A program made the position numbers and the translations under genes. A stretch of 45,654 nucleotides of DNA, the filler included, from Catajapyx aquilonaris (lineage: Eukaryota): NCBI GenBank assembly GCA_000934665.2. It is 2 parts of 2 records of this genome, joined end to end, with 100 filler letters (N's around TTAATTAATTAA, not from the genome) between each part and the next. Parts side by side here need not be neighbours in the genome. Positions count along the whole stretch, not along the records: positions 1 to 22,821 come from JYFJ02005825.1; 1 more part is not named here. One strand, 5' to 3'. Shown here piece after piece: positions 10,056-21,536 of this stretch (the stretch's first letter is position 1; every line of letters begins with the position of its first letter). A model generated the notes under the pieces. That model was not told the origin of the DNA and ran no database searches. It saw only the letters and a list, made by a program, of their open reading frames with translations.

Positions 10056-13000
10056 TCACACTGTTGTCTCTCTGTCTAACGGGTCTGTCTTGGAGCAGGT
10101 AGCCACAACAGAGTCATTTATGTCCGTTTGTAAGACATTTGGCTGCGTCAGAGACGACACATGCAACTCAGCTGCGCTGCTCGATTGTACCAACCGAAAG
10201 GAGGGCAGATCTTGGAATCCCTTGGAGTCATTGGCGCAAGGACACGAGTTGCGCTTTTGGTCAGTTATGTATGTTTTCGATGTCGATGGGGTCCTGTGGA
10301 GAGCAAAAATTTGTCATATTTGTTAATGAAATTGTGAAAATTCGGGGCATATGAGGAGGGGTTACACAAGACGGCAGCACATGCTCGAGACGCGGTGTCC
10401 GTGACGTAATCTAGACCACATTTCGAGTGCGTCTGCGTATTTAGTGTAAAATCGCATATTTACTTATTATTCTAACTTTGGCTACTGTTTAACGTGGGCC
10501 ACTTTTATCTACTGTACTGCTCAAAATTACAAGGAATGTTGTTGTTATAGAGTAAGATGGAAGTACTATGCAGATCTCACTCTGTCACACTTGACACCTG
10601 CAATGCAATACGAGGAGGAAGCAAATGTTGTTCTTGTGCAAGGATCGTCTTGCTTCCAATAGTGAATTTTTGGATAATATAGTGCTCTGAGTTCATTGTC
10701 TAACTTTCTCTGCTTTATGACCCCCTTCTTGATGACACCTCCAGCTAGGGGTTCCTTTACAAACGGAAATGTGGGGCAGGTTTGGGTCTCTTTGAGGGAC
10801 CGGCCATTGTCCAGGGATGTAATAGCCTGAAGCTTGCGTAGGGGGCTTGGATCTGGGTTGTATCACAATTGACCACTTTCCAGTTCCCTGCCTCTAGCAG
10901 CCAGATTTGGCCTGCCATCAACAGGGCGTCGTTATGCTATCATCCAGCGCAGCGGGAATCTTGTGTACCTGCCGATAGTAAATGGTTTACGCTTGTCCGC
11001 GTCTGGTGGCCTGGCCCCGAGGCAGATCTTGTTGAAATATATTGTGCGAGGGCCTTTCAATAAAGACTGATCATGATTTTTTAAATGAGAAAGTAAAGAA
11101 AGGAGTATCATGATAGTTAAGGACCTCTGTCGAAGATGAATGCTTACGAGCAGAAGTCTACTGCGCATCATGTGGGTGTGGTGGCAGCACAAACACCTCC
11201 ACCCTTGATGTCGCCTCCCGAATCATGGCATCGGGATGTATGGAGCAGTACTCCGCGCTAAAATTCTGCTTTTGTCTCAAGAAGACAGCCAGGGAGTTGT
11301 ACTCCATGCTGCCATAGGCATATGGAAAAGATGTGTTAAAGAATTCACCTGCAAACAGGGCGTTCCGGGAGCTCCTGCCAGAGCCGTGACAAAGGTGCCC
11401 ATCAACACGGCCTCAGTCATCGTGTGAAGGGATCACTGTGTAACTTCTACTATCCTATCCTATTTCTTACAAATATCTGTGGGTGATATGCACACAATAA
11501 TGCATGACCACCTGCATATAAGGCGTGTATTGGTTGTGGCAGGAGCTCCTGAAGCGCCCTGTTTGCATGTGAGTTGGGAACACCCCTTGAACGTCTTAAA
11601 ACAACGGAATGCCATACTGTCAGGCAGAACATGTTCGCTATACTTCTAATTCAGTGTGGAGCAGACTCACTGGCTGTCTTCTTGAGGCGAAAGCAGAATT
11701 TTCAGCGCGGTGTACTGTGTGTCGACGCCATGACTTGGGAGGCTACATCAAGGGTAGTGGTGTTTGTGTTGGCACCACACCCACATGACGCGCATTAGAC
11801 TTCTGCGCATGAACATGCACATCCATCTTCATCAGATGCACTTTAATATATCACCATCATGATACTACTTCCTATAATTTCTCATTTAAAAAATCATGGT
11901 CAGTCTTTATTGAAAGGCCCTCCTATATATTTTCTGGAGTGAGGACATTGCTATCCGGCTCCGCTTGTCCGCGTCTTGTGGTTTGGCCCCGGAGATCTTG
12001 TTGTTTTTTTTTTAATGACCAGGGACCTGACCTTTCCTTATACCAGATGCCTGAAGTGAATCGGCCCCGTGGCGAACTACTCTAGGAGCTATTTTGTGAT
12101 TGCTGTGCGACATTCTCATTACTATCCGGGTTCTGCTTGTCCGCGTCTGGTGGTTTGGCCCAGGGGCAGATCTTGTTGAGGGTGAACACTTTTGACTATG
12201 TCTGTGTATGTTTGTAGCGGCTTGCTCATTTATTTAAATTCTGTCTGTAGGCCTACCATTTGTTCGAAATATTTGCGATATATGTATAGGTCTATAGCTG
12301 CATGATTTTGCAGCAGTTATGTTATGCTGGGAGTCTAAAATTAATGTGACACACTGGGTGTAATTTATGAAACTAGTGGAACCATTAAAAAATTCCCAGC
12401 AAGATCTGCCCCGGGACCAGGCCACCAGGCGTAGACAAGCAGAGCCCGGATAGCAATGAGAAAATCGCGATCACCACTCACAAAGTCACTCCGGGGGCAG
12501 TCCGCTCCAGGGCCAATAACTTTTGGCACCCTGTGAGGGTAGGGCAGGAATCTCCTCACTCCAAAAATACAGGGTGATTCTTTCGAATGGAAACCCAAAC
12601 ACATTCCCCAATAACTTTTTCACTATGGTATGGTTCCCGATGAAAATTGACATGATTGTACAGTATTACCTTGTATCGTGCCAAACAAGGTCTGACTAAA
12701 GAATATACCAAAAGTGGTCCCCTCCAGCATCCAAAAATTTTTAAATGCGAGTCTGCATATTGCCGAACATGGGCGTAGCCAGGGGGGGGGGGCAGCCCCC
12801 CCCCCCCCCCCNTCAGGGAAGTGCAGAAAATTTCTGGAGATTTCAGAAAAACTGAAGGTTTTGACAGATTTTTCTGAGCCTTCGGGGTCAAAAGAAAGTA
12901 ATCTAAAACAATTGAGTAGCCTAGAATGCAATAGGCCTAAGTCCACTTTTTTCGAAAATGAGATTCAGACATGGAAGAGTTCCGATAGTATCCCCCCTCG

Positions 13001-15094
13001 TGCTGATAGAATGGTATCAGCCCAAGTTCATTCCTGGCGCACTAAAATGGGATTGGCATCCGGAGTGTACATAGACTTTTTGTGCTGTAAGGAGCAAATC
13101 AATCTGTCTATCTGACCAGTAAAGCATGACACCATGATCTCGCTCAGAATCATACAACCCAAGTCCCTAACTTGGGTTGTATGCATTCTGAGCGAGATTA
13201 TGGTGTCATGCTTTACTGGTCAGACAGACAGATTGATTTGCTCCTTACAGCACAAAAAGTCTATGCTGGGCCACAAGGGAGGTTAGAGATGAAACAATTC
13301 ATGTTTACACTGGAAAGTAATATTTCACAGGTCATTGAGAATGCATAAGGCCCAAGTCCAGCATTTTCAAAAATCTGTTCCTATTCACCTGCATAAGTCA
13401 CAGCATCATATGACATGCACAGAGCTGCCTTCTCCCATCCTGCATGGAGGAGGAAAAGTTCAATTTCTTAATGTTGACAGTTTCTTTTGTACACAGTTTT
13501 TTTGTGTCTCCTGAAAAGTTATGTTCTCTGGACTTAGGCCAGTTGCATTCTAGGCTATTCAATTGTTGTTGAGACAGTTCCTTCCGACTCTTGCTAGGCA
13601 GTCAGACGGAGGATGAGGACAGGTAGGGCCCTCCTGCCCCACCTAACCTAAATCCTGGCTACGCCCATGTTGCCGAAGACTCCTGCTGATTCCCGGCGGG
13701 GATTGCACTCATCCCCGCCGGCCAGCCTACTTGGCGGGCAGGCATCTCAAGGCAACTGGCCCGTTGCCTTGAGATGCTCTCTCGCCAAGCAGGCGGGCGG
13801 ATGGGATTGGATGGGATCGCCGCTTTCAACCTGCAGGAGTCTTCGGCAATATGCAGACTCGCATTTAAAAATTCTTGGATGCTGGAAGGGACCACTTTTG
13901 GTATATTCTTTAGTCAGACCTTGTTTGGCATGATACAAGGTAAGTACAGGTCAATTTTCATCTGGAACCATACCATAGTTAAAATGTTATTGAGGAATGT
14001 ATGGGTTTCCATTCGAATCACCCTGTATTTCAACAAGATCGGCCTCGGGGACAGGCCACCAGACACGGGACAAGCGCACCCCATTTACTATGGGCAGGTA
14101 TACGAGATTCCCGAGGGATGATAGCATAACGACGCCATTTTTTTATGGCAGGCCAAATTCGACCACTAGCGACGCGGAACTGGAAAGTGGTCAATTGAAG
14201 AAGTGGAAATAGAGAGATGAGTTAGAACTTAGAAGAGTGGAGTCCAAGGGTTTAACCACTTCGGTACTCCGGTATACACCTGCAGTGGTACTCCCAGGTA
14301 CTCCTTGGGTACCTTTGAGAAATGATAAAAATTCCTGTCTTGTCCATGTACACAAAAAAACTTCAGTCCTCATCTTACTCTGATATAATCTTGTCGAAGT
14401 TGTGATCATCGGGTGAGGGTGATCCGATGGTGACCTGGGCATCTGCTGCAAATCTCAGCTTTTTGGGTGAGTCTGAGCTGAGGGTCCGCCGTATGGGGCT
14501 GTTTGGATTGTTCCTGAGGGAATGTCGCCCTCGCAGTCTGCTGTCCGCTTCTCTACAAGCGCTCAGCTTTCGGAGCCTTTGCCGCCTCTCTTCTTCTCTC
14601 TTTGCTCTTTGGATGCTGTCCTCTCTGGTCAGCCAGAATGTCTGCATTTCCCCCTTTCCCTTGACTCGTACCAGCCCACGATCGTCCAGTACGTAACCGC
14701 CAAGCCTGGTTAGTAGGTTCTTGCAGTCTTCACTGCAGTGGATGTGAAGAGCTGAAAAAGAATTAAATATTAGGCTATGCCACTATACAGGGTGTTCATG
14801 AAAAACCCCGACAAACTGATAACCAGTGGCCAATGGTAACCTGAGGGCCATTTTATGTAGAGGAGTCATTATGTCTACACCGCCCCATTACTGAGATAAT
14901 TGACTCGTTGCTTACTTTTAAATAGAATTTACAGGTGTAACTAGCCATAGAGGCCTTACCACCTGTGGGCAACAAACCAACAAAGTCCGGCCCCCAGACC
15001 TTCCAGACCCTTCCGACTGGGGAAGGGTTCGTTGGATGGCCTAACTTCCAGGATATTTAATAATAATAATAATAATATTAATAATAATAATAAT

Positions 15095-15125
<31 letters not shown>

Positions 15126-15139
15126 ATAATAATAATAAT

Positions 15140-15181
<42 letters not shown>

Positions 15182-18100
15182 CGTGGGTAATGCTTTCACC
15201 CCCAACCGGGGGTATATCGCATGAACCTTTATTTATTTTGTTCAAGTTTCTCAACTCAAGGTGCAAGGAAACAAGGAAATTGGGTAAGGATAGGGATTTT
15301 CGGGGAGGGGACACGGGTGCAAGTGCAATGTCGTTAAACGGGTCATGTGCAGTCCCCCAGGAGGTTAGGTTGCCAGACACCTCCTTGGTGCAGGTCAGAG
15401 ACCCTCCTGACGCAGGTGAAAGGAAAGTTCCCCAGGCGGGGATCGAACCTGGGGCCTTTCACTCAGCAAGCCGAGACGTTACCATCACGGCCACCACACC
15501 TCCCCAGGATATTTTATACTACCTGTTTGAAGGCAATTTGTGCGGTAATGAGGCGGCCCAGAAATAATCACTCATCTACATAATGTGATCGTCTGGTCCC
15601 TAGGTCGGGGGTGATATAGGTGTGTCGGTGTTTTTCATGAACACCCTGTATACAGTAGTAAGAATGTTATACTGTTTTATTCCTTAGTACACTGTACTCC
15701 CGATTATCCGTGCTAATAAATGCACGGGTATGCCCGGATAATAAGAAAACACGGATAATCCGAAAATGGTCATTAATGTCGTAAAATGAGCTATTCAGAG
15801 ATTTTAAATAAACGGCTAGTGTATGCTGCTCTAAATGAGGTTTAATGAAAATGATTCCCAAGTCTGTTTTACCTCAGTTGGGTGGTGCAGATGGCCAACA
15901 CTTCAGGATAAACCTGATTCAGATGTGGCACTCTATATGCTGGCGACTCACGTGGCGACTGTACTGTACCAGTAAGTACCGGATTCAAGTGGAAGTACCG
16001 TGTGCCGTATTAGCACTACTTCATCTTTGGCAAATGCTGATGGATGTATGCTATACAGGGTTTCTTACACTTGGGACATCTGGCAACCCGTGTAATCATG
16101 GGTCCCAAAAATTCAAGAATGTATGGGTGAAGAATGCGAAGGCACCTCCTACTAGTAATAGCGTAGATATAACTGAAAGTTTGTGGGTCCCGTAGACAAA
16201 AGCTGCCAACCACACTCTAGTTTTTTGATGGCGAGATCTGCAATAATATGCACTGATTCTGATTGACCAGGTAGCAGGATAATTATGAGCATGATACTGT
16301 TTTGACCAACAATTAAGTCGGAAACCGGAAGCCTCACTAGAAAGAAACACCTTGAGTAGCGGCAAGATACGTTTACTTTCGGAAACTTTTTTGACATAAT
16401 TATACAGTTCCAATGTGAGCACTTACGTTTCTTGCGAATGTCTAAGATGAAAATACGCTAGTCGATTTTGGAGATTTCGGCTTCATTACGAAGCTAATTG
16501 GTTCAGTTGTACAGTACACGCTGGTAATAAGGTCAAACTGAGAACCAAGCAACCGCCCAAACATCCATGCTACACGGGTCGCATGGAATTCAGGACGAGC
16601 CCCAGCACGAGCTTGTAAAGCAGAATTACATTTTTAAAACAAGGTTGGCAAATCACGTGAGCGTGATTAGAATATACATTTTCTCATTATTTCAAGTAGA
16701 CTTGTGCGGATAGTGTGAACCCGGAAAACCGGAAGTTGACCCTGACCCCTATTTTGGTCACTCCCCGACACACTTGGTCAGGAATCCGCGGAAACTAATT
16801 TCGAAATGCAATGATAACCCGTGTGAGAGTTGGCCTTGTCAAGTCATCCCTCTGACCCCGCAAGGTCACTCAGGGTCGTGGTCTCTCTCCCGCTCTCTCC
16901 ACCCTAGGTCCAAGCCAGGCGCCCTCCTGCCATCTAGAGACAGGAAGTCACACCTGCCCGTAAAGTAGACTTGTACGGATAGAGCGGGATAGAGTGAACC
17001 CGGAAAACCGTATGTGGCGGGTCACCGGAAGTTGACCATGACACCTATTTAGGTCATGAAAACCGTTTGTCGCTATCTTTTGTGGTTGATGCTCCACATA
17101 CGGACATACGGACGGACAGACAGACAGAGCCGTTTTCTAATACTTTATTTCGACGATGAGAAAAAATCTAAAAATTAGTTGGCACCATATGTAGTTCCGG
17201 GCCTTCAGGTATCAAAATAATAATGGATACCCCGTGATACGCCTCCTTGAACCTCTTAGGGGATTCTCTTTTAATTGGCCGTCTTTATAGTCATTGCTTG
17301 TCATGTGATGGGTTTTGAGAGTGGGAGGAAACGGGAGAACCTCGAGAAAAACCACGCCAACACGGAGAGAACCCATCGAAACGCTTTCCACCTAAGTGTC
17401 CTCTGTCCGACCCGGGGATCGAACGCGGGACCTTAGAGGTAGAAGGCTGTGGCGCTAACCACTGCACCACCGTGTCGCCCTATGGGCCTTCAGGTATCAA
17501 AGAGATGTTGAAAAGAGCTACGAACGGATCCTTCTGTTGTCATACCCACTGGCGATCACCTTGCTTATTATGGACGAATTGAAAAATAGATCAAGGACTT
17601 TGTTACCCTTCCTGCCGTTAAAACATGATATTCCAAATGTAATTTTAGACAAATCGAATTTCCTTAGGTCAAAACTTGTAGCAAAGCCTTCTCCGAATCA
17701 AAGGGCTAAGGAAGCTCTATCAGCGCTAACGATTGCATCCTGCGGCGCCGAAATGGACATAACAACCCTGTGGACGCTGTGGGCGGAAGCCACACACGCC
17801 GAATGTGGGTGGGACGATGATTACCTCCTCCACAGCATTTCGACCGTTCTATATACAAACTTACTTCCTTAGCAACCGTCCCTCATTTTTACTTACGAAC
17901 TCCAGTAGATTCCATTCTTGACGCTGTATTGACTGTGTCGCCAAATAAGCAATAGCGTGGCATTTTGAGACCGACCACACCTGCACAAACTGGGCCTGGA
18001 ATAAGTGAGTGAAAAAGCATTGTGTATAGTGTCGAAAAGGAACCATTTGACGAGGAAAAACTACCTGAATGAATCCCAATTCGGAGTTTGAGGGTGTCAT

Positions 18101-21100
18101 TAGGACGATGGCGGATGTGAAAACGCTTGGTCGCTTCCAATAAGTGAAGGGACATGGATGCAATTTCCCCTGCATGCTGGTCACCATTACGCACCGGTAA
18201 ACCGGACACCTGAAAACATGAAAATGGATTCATGCATCATTTGGAATAATGGGATGGTACTTATACTACACCAGCCCTTTCAGGCCCAAATTGTACTTAC
18301 CACCATATACGCATCTCCAATGGTCTCCACTTTGTATACATCATAGTTTTCAATAATGGAATCAAAGTATGTGTACAAATCATTCAGGAAGTCCACTACC
18401 TAAGAAGGAGGAGCAGTTAATTTGTGCTTCAAGACAGATTCGACATGTATGACTCGCCTGCAAAGGGGTCGACTCTGCCGACATGGTTGTGAAACCTACA
18501 ATGTCGCTAAAGTAAATAGTAACACAATCGAAACTCTCTGCTTCGACTTTGTTTCCTCGCTTAAGCTGCTCTGCGACGTACCTCGGAAGCATCTCGTAAA
18601 GCAGTGCCTCTGAAAGCATGACGCCGTAATTTGCACTGATTGAACCCCGGACTGAATGCTTAAGGTGTGTTCACAAGCTCGCCAGAACAGGTGTTTTCGA
18701 GCGAATTTGGGACATTTTAGTGTGGATGAGAAATCAATAGAAGAATTGGCTTCTCGCTCTTGCTAAAATCTATTCTTGTGAGCTGATGAACATATCTTTA
18801 GTTTGCAGCTAGTTCTGTACCGCCTCTTGAGTAAATTCCATAAAAGGAGCATGCAGACTATAGGGAAAAGCTCAAACCTAGTTACATAAATGACTCACCA
18901 GTCTTCCTTTTCTCCTCAATGAGTTGGTCCGTTCTTTCATCAACTAGGGCTTCTAAGTTATTAGCATACTTCTCCATCATTGCAATCATGTTGTCAAAAA
19001 TGTTGGCTTTCCTGCAGTTGGAAGTCTGTGAAAGCGACTGTGACTGAGTGGATGCTGATCATGACTTACATTCCTTTTCTCATGGGACGAAGCTTAGTCC
19101 GGATGCTCTTGAAATCTGGACGTTCTTCTGACGTTTCCGACCAGCACTCTCTCAGGCAATCACGGACGCAGTCAAAGCTGTTTTCCAGCAATTCTAGCTG
19201 AGGCCTAAAATATTGAAAAAAATATCACTTACAGTATCGCACATTTACACTGAGTAGAACTCTGATTCCATCACGGCTCAGTTAAGTTTGAGAAAAAAAT
19301 AATGCGATATACATGGCATTTAATTTTTATACTTGTGTACAGTATTATTTATCGGGCTTGTTTGGAAGTAAGGTAATTTATAATGTGTCTTTACAATATC
19401 ATGCATCTTTTAAAACGATTGGAAGCTCTTGAGAGAAATGTAACAAAATAGACCTTCAGAGTTAATACAATAAGGTAAAAGAGCGGATACAAGCACTTTC
19501 AAATATCCCGGCTTGCGCAGTGATGCTTGAGGGCGGAAGTTATTATAGCACCTCCGACATCCTAATATTCGGTCAGGTTGATCATTGGCAGAATGTGTGG
19601 CGCGAGGTATTTATAGCATTTTCCTTGCCTTGAATGTAAATTTAGTTTGTGACATGTCTATAATTGAGATTTCCTCCAAATTTAGAAATCATAAATAAAA
19701 TTAACTCGACTAGATGTACAGTATTTATAGTGTCCCGTAGGCCTGCTGGTAAGAGGAATGCACGTTTTTTTGGCATTTCAGGAATCTGAATTTGATTACA
19801 TGTAGTGTATCACCTGGTGGCCTCGACTTTGGAGAGCAAAGAGCTACACTAGGTAAAATAAATTTCGGGCGAAATTTGCTATAACTAGGAACACACTGTA
19901 TATACCGTACATGCAAGTTCCTGTGCGTTTTAAACATTTTATGCGACTGAATAAATGTCGTGATATCCGAAACTAATGCAGTAAACGCGATTCAGTCGGC
20001 CACACTCTGGTCGTTTCTGACGCCCTCGTATTTCAGTTGGACCAGGAGAAAAACGCGATGGTTTTCCCGTCTTGTTGTAAATGCATAGTGTGGCCAGGGG
20101 ATTCAACATTATTTTGCTGGTGCTCTACTATTAACATGCAAAATGTCAGTCTAGTAACGATTTAAAGACTACAAAATAAAAATCATGTCCAAGAGAGTTA
20201 TGTTCTTTACACCGGAGCAATTTTAGTAGAAGTTGCTCCTAATTAATTTAAGATAAAAAAATAGGGTACAACTGTGTCCTATTTATTATGGTACCAGTAT
20301 TTCAGAAATATGCATTTTGAAGTTTCGCAGTTATGTAACTTTTTACATTTAAAATCGCTGCAGGAGACGAATCGGAGACGTCAGTACCATTACACAATTT
20401 TTTTGGCTAATTTTCCCTAGCAACGTTAAAACAGCAATGTGTGATATGTAATAAAGTCTATGATTTTGCAACATTGTTTACAGAAAGATAAGGCCAATAT
20501 TCAAAGCGGGTAATGCAGTGGAGAAACGACATTGAACACGCCAGTTTTAGAAACAATAGACAATTCAAAAACCAGCTAACAGTTAGTTAGGTCATAAAAT
20601 TGAAAGAATATCGCAGGTCGCGTCACCTGTTGCAATTTTAATTCGTCACAAATTTCAAATGCTGATTTCCGCAATACCGGGGCTACACAGAGCATTCCAT
20701 CTGACATTATGAGGAACAATTTCGACTAAAGGGGAAAAAAAACATCCTTATTGAAGGGATCTTTTCATCCAGGCAATATGTCACGGACTACTTGCATCAA
20801 TAGAACACAAAGAAACTAAAAGATGCAAACCTGAAAGGTCGGCCAGACAGTGGAGGATGCAGCAGCTGCTTTAATATGTCCACAGGGCTCATCCCTATCT
20901 CTCCAAATGGGCCGTGACGGTTATGTATCTCGTAGAGAACTATCCCAAAGGAATAAACATCGCCTTTCTGACTCCCACATGACGGCGCTGATGGGTCTCG
21001 AAGGAACTCTGGGGCTCTATACAGCAGATCTGCAGTAAATACAACATTAATCAGGATATAATTAAAGAAAAACATCTCTTTCACCTAAGTATATTAAAGG

Positions 21101-21536
21101 AACGTTGACATTGAAAGAAATATCGGCACATTCTAGAAACAAAATCAGATAATATTAATGTCGCAGCATATACCGGTATGCAATTTTCCTCCTCACTTGT
21201 TTCTATAGAAGAATGTATTCAAAAGACAAGTAGACTGTGGTTGAAAGTACCAAATGCATGTGTATATAGGCCTACTTGTAGATATGGCTATGCAGTAGGC
21301 CTATACACCTAATTTTTATGGACGAAAGTTTTTTTCTGAAATAAATATTGCGTACCTTCGCAATTCTTTTGATGATCCGGGTCTTTACAAGGGCTGCTCT
21401 CTATGTCAGCTCCTCGTTTGAGTTCATGGAGCCCAAAGTCCGATATCTTCACGACCCAGCGACTGTCCACCAGGCAATTACTCGTTTTAAGGTTTCCGTG
21501 AGAACGCACCGGGGATTCGTGCAGGTAGATCATTCC
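10056..21536 (-). CDS. Receptor-type (membrane) guanylate cyclase, 5'-partial: kinase-homology domain, helical dimerisation region, cyclase domain and C-tail
   Basis: Phase-compatible exons on the - strand: 21536-21356 ([36 protein letters not shown]), 21029-20831 ([24 protein letters not shown]), 19204-19070 ([12 protein letters not shown]), 19011-18899 ([25 protein letters not shown]), 18609-18458 ([12 protein letters not shown]), 18399-18301 ([13 protein letters not shown]), 18209-18065 (LRIGIHSG), 17995-17897 ([20 protein letters not shown]), 14751-14379 ([15 protein letters not shown]) and 10293-10056 (..KRNSCP..DRETTV*). From memory it resembles the arthropod eclosion-hormone-receptor/CG10738-type cyclases (unverified). 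The upstream exons are not seen in this window. Confidence 0.93.
11047..11923. mobile_element. mariner-like foldback MITE (nested)
   Basis: GAGGGCCTTTCAATAAAGACTGATCATGATTTTTTAAATGAGAAA matches the reverse complement of TTTCTCATTTAAAAAATCATGGTCAGTCTTTATTGAAAGGCCCTC. Further internal inverted blocks occur, e.g. 11261-11298 versus 11666-11700. Confidence 0.75.
12570..14025. mobile_element. mariner-like MITE (nested)
   Basis: TA|CAGGGTGATTC...GAATCACCCTG|TA, with about 200-bp inverted arms (12570-12767 versus about 13842-14025). Confidence 0.85.
12768..13669. mobile_element. hAT-type non-autonomous element (nested)
   Basis: TIR CATGGGCGTAGCCAGG ... CCTGGCTACGCCCATG. 8-bp TSD TTGCCGAA at 12760-12767 and 13670-13677. 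Confidence 0.88.
14788..15648. mobile_element. mariner-like MITE interrupted by a SINE
   Basis: TA|CAGGGTGTTCATGAAAAAC ... GTTTTTCATGAACACCCTG|TA. Confidence 0.85.
15059..15505 (-). mobile_element. tRNA-derived SINE with a long (TTA)n tail
   Basis: Minus-strand head GGGGAGGTGTGGTGGCCGTGATGGTAACG...GGTTCGATCCC. (TAA)n tract at about 15059-15181 on the + strand. TSD AGGATATTT at 15050-15058 and 15506-15514. Confidence 0.85.
16636..17175. mobile_element. Probable non-autonomous Helentron/DINE-like element
   Basis: Starts AAAACAAGG beside a T-run. Short hairpin AATCACG-TGAG-CGTGATT (16651-16668). Short subterminal inverted repeat ATTAGAA/TTCTAAT. Duplicated core CCCGGAAAACCG..CCGGAAGTTGACC. (GGAC/AGAC)n microsatellite at 17100-17128. 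Boundaries are approximate. Confidence 0.5.
17217..17483 (-). mobile_element. tRNA-derived SINE with a V-domain-like central region
   Basis: Minus strand GGGCGACACGGTGGTGCAGTGGTTAGCG...GTTCGATCCC, then GTTCTCTCCGTGTTGGCGTGGTTTTTCTCGAGGTTCTCCCGTTTCCTCCCAC. 18-bp TSD GGGCCTTCAGGTATCAAA at 17199-17216 and 17484-17501. Confidence 0.85.

Larger units (their letters stand above)
10871..14192. mobile_element. Large non-autonomous TIR element (possibly Sola1-like) in the last cyclase intron
   Basis: AATT|GACCACTTTCCAGTTCC ... GGAACTGGAAAGTGGTC|AATT, with about 165-bp imperfect inverted arms (10871-11039 versus 14026-14192). The AATT flank fits the AWWT TSD described for Sola1. Internal motif GCTTGTCCGCGTCTGGTGG...GATCTTGTTG occurs at 10991, 11963 and 12135, and inverted at about 12400-12440. 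Confidence 0.7.

Noticed and set aside
10560..10870. Open minus-strand frame as an extra cyclase exon
   Set aside because: No recognisable similarity. The 14379^10293 splice already gives a phase-correct ending.
15845..16422. Overlapping ORFs in the cyclase intron
   Set aside because: The catalytic domain joins directly from 17897 to 14751 (STGV-P-LHIHCS), and these ORFs show no recognisable domain.
18662..18799. Small Harbinger-like MITE (also GGCCACAC..GTGTGGCC at about 19998-20094)
   Set aside because: The inverted repeats are short or degenerate and the TSDs unclear, so support is too weak to list as features.
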